This document shows positions 57,842 through 64,000 of a stretch of DNA of 64,000 nucleotides, in pieces (position 1 is the first letter of the stretch; each line of letters starts with the position of its first letter). The DNA comes from Dehalococcoidia bacterium (GTDB taxonomy: Bacteria > Chloroflexota > Dehalococcoidia > DSTF01 > WHTK01). The DNA lies in assembly GCA_965219205.1 (NCBI GenBank), contig CBDCMQ010000007.1:227594-291593 (forward strand), written 5' to 3'. The notes below the pieces were generated by a model, which saw nothing but the letters and a program-made list of their open reading frames with translations, searched no databases and was not told the origin of the DNA. Both the position numbers and the translations under genes were made by a program.

Positions 57842-59134
57842 ATGGCGGTTGATATCGCAGATATCCGCGCAATCGTTGATCGTCAGGAGGATTGGCGCGG
57901 CCGCAAGACGATCAATCTGATTGCCAGCGAAAACGCCCAGAGCCCGGCGGTGCGCTCGATCCAGAACTCTGATTTCATGGCGCGTTACGCCGAAGGCCAT
58001 CCCAACAAGGACCAAGAGGTCAACCGCTACTACCAGGGCACGCGTTACATAGACGAGATCGAAAACATGGCACAAGCTGAACTGCTGGGTCTAACAGCAG
58101 GCCGCCAGGCCGATGTTAGGCCGATCAGCGGCAACGCGGCCAATACGGCAATCGCCCTCGGGTATCTTCGAGGCGGCGACTCGGTGATCGTCAACTCCAC
58201 ACCGGCAGGCGGCCACATCAGTCACGGAACCGTCGGTGTCATCGGCCGCCGAATCCAGAACCGCGGTGCGTCCCTAAACCTTGATGCGCCGAAGCACATC
58301 CCTCTGCACTTTTTCCCTTTGGCCGAAGACAACTATCACCTGGACGTTCAGAAAAGCATCGACTTGATCGAGCAAGTTTCACCGCGACTGGTTGTTCTTG
58401 GCAAAAGCCTCTTCCTCTTTCCTGAGCCTGTAAAGGAACTCTCAGAAGTCTGCAGCGAGCGGGAAATTCCGATTCTCTACGATGCGGCGCACGTTTTCGG
58501 CCTGATTTGCGGCGATCAGTTCCAGGATCCGTTGCGCGAAGGAGCAACCTGGATGACTGCCAGTACCCACAAAACATTTCCTGGTCCTCAGCGAGGCATA
58601 ATCGTCTCAAACCTGGACGAACGAGACGCTGCAAAGTATTGGCCCGCCGCCGACCGCGGCGTCTTCCCCGGTTCTTCTAGCAACCACCATCTTCACACGC
58701 TGCCCGCGCTTCTCGTGGCGTTCCGAGAGATGCGCGAGCACGCGACAACTTACGCGGCGCAGATTGTCCGGAATGCCCAGGCCCTGGGTTTGGCGCTCGA
58801 AGACGAAGGCGTGGCGGTGGAGGCGCGTGAATTTGGCTACACCAAAAGTCATCAGCTCGCGGTCAACGTCAGCGAATTCGGCAGCGGAGTGACGGCTGCC
58901 CAACGGCTTGAGGACAACGACATAATCGTCAACTACAACATGCTGCCGCTGGACACCGATCCGCGTAATCCTTCTGGCCTGCGAATCGGGGTTCCGGAGA
59001 TGACGCGCTATGGTATGCGCGAAACCGACATGTCAGGCTTGGCCGAACTCATGGCCGCCGCGATCAAGGGGCAGACGGTCAAGAGCGAGGTCAACGCGCT
59101 GCGTCAGTCATTCACCGAGCTGCAGTACGTTTAG
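57842..59134 (+). CDS. glyA: Serine hydroxymethyltransferase (archaeal-like)
   Basis: INLIASEN, YAEG, GGHISH, YDAAH, STHKTFPGPQRG, SGLRIG; GGAGG RBS. Confidence 0.93.
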   Translation: MAVDIADIRAIVDRQEDWRGRKTINLIASENAQSPAVRSIQNSDFMARYAEGHPNKDQEVNRYYQGTRYIDEIENMAQAELLGLTAGRQADVRPISGNAANTAIALGYLRGGDSVIVNSTPAGGHISHGTVGVIGRRIQNRGASLNLDAPKHIPLHFFPLAEDNYHLDVQKSIDLIEQVSPRLVVLGKSLFLFPEPVKELSEVCSEREIPILYDAAHVFGLICGDQFQDPLREGATWMTASTHKTFPGPQRGIIVSNLDERDAAKYWPAADRGVFPGSSSNHHLHTLPALLVAFREMREHATTYAAQIVRNAQALGLALEDEGVAVEAREFGYTKSHQLAVNVSEFGSGVTAAQRLEDNDIIVNYNMLPLDTDPRNPSGLRIGVPEMTRYGMRETDMSGLAELMAAAIKGQTVKSEVNALRQSFTELQYV

Positions 59135-59197
59135 GTCGAACTTGTTCAGCAGGGTGAGCCCAGGGCCGTAGGCGCAATCACTTGCCACTAGGGAATC

Positions 59198-59227
59198 AAA
59201 AGGGACTCCTCACGGAATCCCTTTTTG
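59198..59227. terminator. Bidirectional terminator between convergent glyA and reductase genes
   Basis: AAAAGGGACTCC-TCAC-GGAATCCCTTTTT. Confidence 0.75.
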
Positions 59228-59246
59228 TTGGACCAATAACCCAGGC

Positions 59247-61082
59247 CTAGACCGCGCCGGCCTCCCGCAGCAGCGGCACCTCTCCTGCCGCGCACTCGCC
59301 CTCGCCGCGAATCACTTCAAACAGATCGGTGTGACCCCAGTCCATGTACATTTCGGCCTCGTCCGCCAAGGAGCCCACCCACTTGAACTCCTCAAGAGGC
59401 TCCTCAAAGTGCTTGGGACCGACTCGCTCAATGTAAGCGTCAAACGATTCGTCATCCGCCAGCCGCTCGGCTTGATAAACCTCGAAAATGCGATCTATCG
59501 CTTCATGAGACTTCTTGGCCAAAACTCGGGTAACGCGAGTAGCGTACTTGTCGCCGTTCAGGTGGCCGCCGACAAACAGGTCGTAGCAAGGTACTTCCAG
59601 TTTGCCAACCTTGTATGAAGATCCTTGCAAACCAATGCCTGCCATATTGTGCTGACCACAACCATTCGGGCAGCCGCTGATTTTGACGTTTACTTTCTGG
59701 ACCTCAGGATCGGAGTAATCGTAGGCAATCATCTTTTCGCGCATCGAATAGCCAGCCTGGTTGGAGGACGTAATTGCCAGCTTGCAGCTATCGGCACCGG
59801 GACAGGCCACGACATCAGCAACCATGTTGGCATCCGGCTCGCCGAAACCGATGTCTGTCAGCTGGCGATGCAGTTCTTCCAAGGATTCCGGCCGAACATT
59901 ACGGAGAATTAGATTCTGGTTCTGATCGGTCCGGGCGTGGCCGCCGGAGAAAGTCCGCATGACTTGGGCCAACTGCCTAAATTGCGAAGTAACGATATTG
60001 CCCATCGGCACCGTCAAAGAAACAGCGAACAAACCTTCTTGTCTCTGTGAGCGTACGTTGGTTCGGCGCCAGCGCTCGTAGCCTGGAGCGTTTTCACCCT
60101 TGGCCGCCACTATGCCGCCTGGTTCTTCGAGCGCCATTTCTTTGAGCGCCTGGACGTCGATCGGCTCCTTGGCCCACTCCTTGGCAAGTTCATCGTTGAC
60201 CTTGGCTTGGAATTCCTCCAGGCCGATCTTGTTTACTAAGAACTTGATTCGGGCCTTGTTGAGGTTCTTGCGCAACAGACCCGGCAGGTCACCTTCGCGA
60301 TCGAAAACTCTCAGAATTGCCTCGGAAACTTTGATGAATTCTCCGTCATCAGCCTTGGCGAAGTCCCAGATCACATCGGCCTTCCGCGGCATCGTCGATG
60401 TTCCACCGCCGACCCGAATCTCGAAGCCGAGGACCTCTTTGCCCGTCGCGTCCGTTTGCTTCTTGGAAATAAAGCCAATGTCGTGATATGACGTCCCGGC
60501 GCAATCGCTGGCACAGGACGAAAAAGCGCTTTTGAACTTTCGCGGCAGGCGCTGACAGATTGGGTTACGCAACATGTTGCGCGCGTAGGCCGTCAAGTAT
60601 GGCGTCGCATCGAACTCTTCGTCCTGACAGACGCCGGCGAAAGGGCATCCAGTGACGTTCCGCACCGTGTGGGCACAGGCCTCGCGCGTGGACAATCCGG
60701 TCTCGCCGATTACGCGCATCACTTCAGCCGTATCATCGAGATTTACGAAATGAAACTGGAAATTCTCACGTGTCGTAATGTGTCCGCGCCCGAGCCCGGA
60801 GTAGGTTTCTGACACTTCGGCAAAGGAATCCATTTGATCAGCGGTCACGCCACCGTACGGCAGCTTGATTCGCATCATTTGGTTGTCTTCCTGGCGTTGG
60901 CCGTAGACGCCTCGTGAAAGCCGAAAAAGCTGGAAACCGGTTGGGTCCTCGTCACCGATCCGGAACTTCTTCGCCCGCGCCTCGAACTCGTCGATCTCTT
61001 CGGCGATTACGGGCAGGATGAACCCTGGCTTTATCTCCTCGGGCACCTTTGGGTGTCGAACGCTTCCATTCTCCCGGACCAT
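59247..61082 (-). CDS. Ferredoxin-dependent sulfite/nitrite reductase (siroheme hemoprotein)
   Basis: GVYGQRQ, HITTRENFQFH, LPRKFK, ACPGADSC, ISGCPNGCGQH. Confidence 0.9.
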   Translation of the reverse strand: MVRENGSVRHPKVPEEIKPGFILPVIAEEIDEFEARAKKFRIGDEDPTGFQLFRLSRGVYGQRQEDNQMMRIKLPYGGVTADQMDSFAEVSETYSGLGRGHITTRENFQFHFVNLDDTAEVMRVIGETGLSTREACAHTVRNVTGCPFAGVCQDEEFDATPYLTAYARNMLRNPICQRLPRKFKSAFSSCASDCAGTSYHDIGFISKKQTDATGKEVLGFEIRVGGGTSTMPRKADVIWDFAKADDGEFIKVSEAILRVFDREGDLPGLLRKNLNKARIKFLVNKIGLEEFQAKVNDELAKEWAKEPIDVQALKEMALEEPGGIVAAKGENAPGYERWRRTNVRSQRQEGLFAVSLTVPMGNIVTSQFRQLAQVMRTFSGGHARTDQNQNLILRNVRPESLEELHRQLTDIGFGEPDANMVADVVACPGADSCKLAITSSNQAGYSMREKMIAYDYSDPEVQKVNVKISGCPNGCGQHNMAGIGLQGSSYKVGKLEVPCYDLFVGGHLNGDKYATRVTRVLAKKSHEAIDRIFEVYQAERLADDESFDAYIERVGPKHFEEPLEEFKWVGSLADEAEMYMDWGHTDLFEVIRGEGECAAGEVPLLREAGAV

Positions 61083-61331
61083 GGTTATCGTCCCTTCGAT
61101 TAAAGTGGACTAAGTTAACCAACGATGTAGACAATCTAGTTTGCACAGTCAATATTGTCAATAATCGGTGACTCTAGCCTACTACTGGGCTCCCTGCTCC
61201 GTCCAGCGATCCATCGATTTACTGAGATCGCGAAGTAACGACCTACATAAGCCAGATCGAGATTAGCGCGACGAGGCGGCGCAAGATCAGGGCAGTTTCC
61301 CCTCATTCTTGAGCACGATAGCATTGGCCGC

Positions 61332-62576
61332 ATGACCGCGGCCGGCCAAGACCAGAAACCGTTCACAATCCGCTCCCTGACCTTTAGCGTCTACCTGCCC
61401 AGTTTTCTCTTTGCCATCGGCCAAGGCGCGATCTTTCCGATTGTGCCGCTCTTTGCCAAGGACCTGGGCGCCTCCTTGGCTATCGCCGGCCTGATCGTCG
61501 CGGTTCGCGGCATTGGTATCCTGCTGATGGATTTACCGGGCGGTATCTTCGTCGCCCGCTTCGGTGAGAAGGCTGGCATGCTCGCGGGGACTACCCTGGT
61601 CGCAGTTGCTGCTGCGGCCGCGGCCTTCAGCCCCTCACCAATCGTGCTGGGAGTTTTAATGCTGATCATGGGCGGCGGCTGGTCATTCTGGCAGCTCTCT
61701 CGCCTCTCATACGTCAGTCAGATTGTGCCCAACGAACAACGCGGCCGGGCCATCGCCCTGCTCGGCGGCGTTTCCCGTGGCGGGACCATCGTAGGCCCTA
61801 TACTCGGCGGCCTCGTCGGCAGCGCCTTTGGCCTCGAATTCGCACTTCACATTCAGGCTTTAGCCGCAGCCGCCACTGCTGCAATGGTTTTTCTAGTCGT
61901 CAAGCGGACCTGGCCCGCTGAGCGAATGCCAACCGACAGTATCAGCGGGCGCTTGCTTACTGCAGTGATGGAGCACCGGCGGGTTCTGCTGACAACCGGC
62001 GTGCCGATTATCGCTTTGGCGGTAATGCGCCAAGGACGTCAAATATTCATTCCGCTGTGGGGCGACGAACTGGAATTGGAAGTTGCCACTATCGGCTTCG
62101 TATTCGGCCTCTCGTCCTTCGTGGACACGGCCATGTTCTACCCGGTCGGCGTTACGATGGATAAGTGGGGCCGTAAGTTTACAGCCGTACCTAGCCTGGT
62201 ACTGCTGGCCTTCGGTCTGCTACTCCTGCCCTTGGCAGGCGACCTTTACAGTTTCGTCGCCATCGCTCTGCTTACCGGGCTAGGAAACGGTTTCAGCTCC
62301 GGCATCGTTCAGACTCTTGGCTCGGATCTTGCCCCGGCCCGCGGCCGGGCTGAGTTTCTGGGCGTTTGGCGGTTGATCTCCGATGTCGGCAACGCTGGTG
62401 GGCCGCTGACCATTAGCCTGATCACGGGTTTCGCCAGCCTCGCAGCCGCGTCTGTCGCCAGCGGCGGGCTCGGCCTAGCCGGCGCCTTTTTAATGCTGGT
62501 CTTTGTCAAGGAAACGCTAAAGCGCGGGCCTCGCTATGCTACAGACCCGCCAGCTAAGAGCCCTGATTCCATCTGA
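61332..62576 (+). CDS. MFS transporter
   Basis: About 12 TM segments, motif A-like ARFGEK and DKWGRK. Confidence 0.9.
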   Translation: MTAAGQDQKPFTIRSLTFSVYLPSFLFAIGQGAIFPIVPLFAKDLGASLAIAGLIVAVRGIGILLMDLPGGIFVARFGEKAGMLAGTTLVAVAAAAAAFSPSPIVLGVLMLIMGGGWSFWQLSRLSYVSQIVPNEQRGRAIALLGGVSRGGTIVGPILGGLVGSAFGLEFALHIQALAAAATAAMVFLVVKRTWPAERMPTDSISGRLLTAVMEHRRVLLTTGVPIIALAVMRQGRQIFIPLWGDELELEVATIGFVFGLSSFVDTAMFYPVGVTMDKWGRKFTAVPSLVLLAFGLLLLPLAGDLYSFVAIALLTGLGNGFSSGIVQTLGSDLAPARGRAEFLGVWRLISDVGNAGGPLTISLITGFASLAAASVASGGLGLAGAFLMLVFVKETLKRGPRYATDPPAKSPDSI

Positions 62577-62587
62577 TGATCACCCGG

Positions 62588-63575
62588 TTAGGGCAGCCGG
62601 TTGAACCAGACGAGCCCCAGTCCGCCCGCGATCAGCGAGATGATCAGTGCCACGCCGGTTAGGGCAAATGTGACCTCGGTCTCTTCGTCCCCGAAGTCCC
62701 TTTCGAGAGCTAATTCATCGTAGATCTGCTACAAGTCGGCGCCATCCTGGGCATTGAAGTAACGCCCACCTGTGAGTTCGGCCACATCTCGCAGAATGGC
62801 CTCATCCAGCCTCGTAAAAACCGACCTTCCGCGAATTTGCAGCACGACACCCTGGGGCGTGCCGATGCCAATCGTGTAAATTTTTACGCCGGCCTGCTGA
62901 GCCTCGACAGCAAACTGTTCCGGAGGCGGACCCAAAGTGCTCTGACCGTCTGAAATCACAACAATACTCGCCGGCGGCAGGTTGGCCAGCTCCGTGGCCG
63001 CCGCCGGTGGGGCGCCGGGAACTGGCGGCGCCTGGTCGCCCTCCGCGTAAATCGCGTCAAGGGCGACCTGCAAGCCGCCACCCATGTTCGTTCCGCGCTC
63101 CGTTTGCAGCCGATCGACCGCGGTGAGGGCTAGCTTTCTGTCTCGATCTGGGGGAGCCACCAGCGCGCCAAAATCACTAAATGAAACTATGCCGATTTTT
63201 ACGCCGGCGGGCTGGTTTTCGATGAAATCCCTGACGGCTGCCTTCGTCGCTTCAAGCCGGTCTGGTTGAACGTCTTGCGCCTGCATCGATCCTGAAACGT
63301 CGATCGCCAAAATTATTGTGCCGGTGTTTACCAGAACCGGGATCGTGGCCATGGGACGAGACAACGCAACGATCATCAGGGTGAGAGCCGTCAAATACAG
63401 CACTGCTGGAATATGGCGCTTGATCCCGGGACCCTTCCCTACCGCGTCTTTCAAGAGAGAAACGATGGCATAACGCAGCGCGTCACGCCGCCGGCGTTTC
63501 TGCATCCAGACGTAGCCAGGCGATGGCCGGCACCAGGGCGAGCAAAAACAGCGCCTCCGGCCAGGTAAACGTCAT
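62588..63575 (-). pseudogene. vWA domain membrane protein (BatA-like) with frameshift (~63520) and in-frame TAG (62729-62731)
   Basis: MTFTWPEAL start at 63575; MIDAS DVSGS; frame continues past the TAG as QIYDEL...GLGLVWFNRLP* to 62588. Confidence 0.75.
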
Positions 63576-64000
63576 CCGGCCACTACCCGGCCGGTAGCCC
63601 GCCGGTGGGCGTCGCGCCTCAGGTGGGCGAACTTGCTAATGTCCCGGACCATGTCTCCGTCTGTGTTGAGCCTGAGCAGGTCCACGCCTCGTTGCGCGAA
63701 TGTACGGCTTAGCCGCCGGTTGCGTTGCTCGACCAGCGCCTGGAAGCGGGACTGAAAGCCGCGATCGCGTGTGTCAACGTAGACCTGCTCGCGGGTCTCC
63801 GCATCTTCGAACACTAGTGGCCCGAGTTCCGGCAACTCCGTCTCGCGGGGGTCGGCAAGCCAGACTGAGAGCACCTCATGGCGCTCGGCAAGACGAGTAA
63901 GATGCCCTTCCCGGCCCGGCGGCGCGAAGAAGTCCGAGACGACAATGACTAGCGATCTACGTCTGATTGCGCCGGCAACCCGGTTGAGAGTCGCGGCGAA
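63572..64000 (-). CDS. DUF58 domain protein, 3' part
   Basis: RRRSLVIVVSDFF, RHEVL..W..DPRETELP..G....DAET; typical MoxR-DUF58-vWA arrangement. Confidence 0.85.
   Translation of the reverse strand, partial: FAATLNRVAGAIRRRSLVIVVSDFFAPPGREGHLTRLAERHEVLSVWLADPRETELPELGPLVFEDAETREQVYVDTRDRGFQSRFQALVEQRNRRLSRTFAQRGVDLLRLNTDGDMVRDISKFAHLRRDAHRRATGRVVAG

Noticed and set aside
1-64000. CRISPR arrays, rRNA, prophage, integrase
   Set aside because: No regularly spaced repeat-spacer arrays or such genes were seen

Overview
About 60% GC bacterial chromosome segment, most consistent with Chloroflexota (Dehalococcoidia-like). That is inferred from gene content (F420-dependent LLM and PPOX enzymes, an orphan Rieske oxygenase alpha subunit, TPR-acidic-tail and small 'CRHHW' proteins), not from a database search. 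It is mostly housekeeping: gyrA, folE/folK/folP, purA, dapA/asd, a PyrR-attenuated pyr/car operon, glyA, modABC, a metal ABC transporter, a sulfite/nitrite reductase and three tRNAs. Two near-identical IS481-family copies have clear 5-bp target duplications. Main points of interest: (1) a chromosomal NpmA/KamB-type 16S rRNA m1A1408 methyltransferase with the catalytic motifs intact; (2) a sufR-like/mrp/NYN operon whose regulator seems to start at ATC behind a tiny uORF, and whose NYN gene seems to start at CTG, giving an unannotated 424-aa amphipathic helix + Arg/Pro-rich disordered region + PIN-like nuclease protein; (3) a tRNA-Gly(CCC) with the canonical U8-A14 pair swapped to A8-U14; (4) a Dam-like MTase/PD-(D/E)XK pair in a block that separates pyrK from pyrD; (5) several translation-initiation oddities and decayed genes. 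Some frameshifts may be assembly errors.
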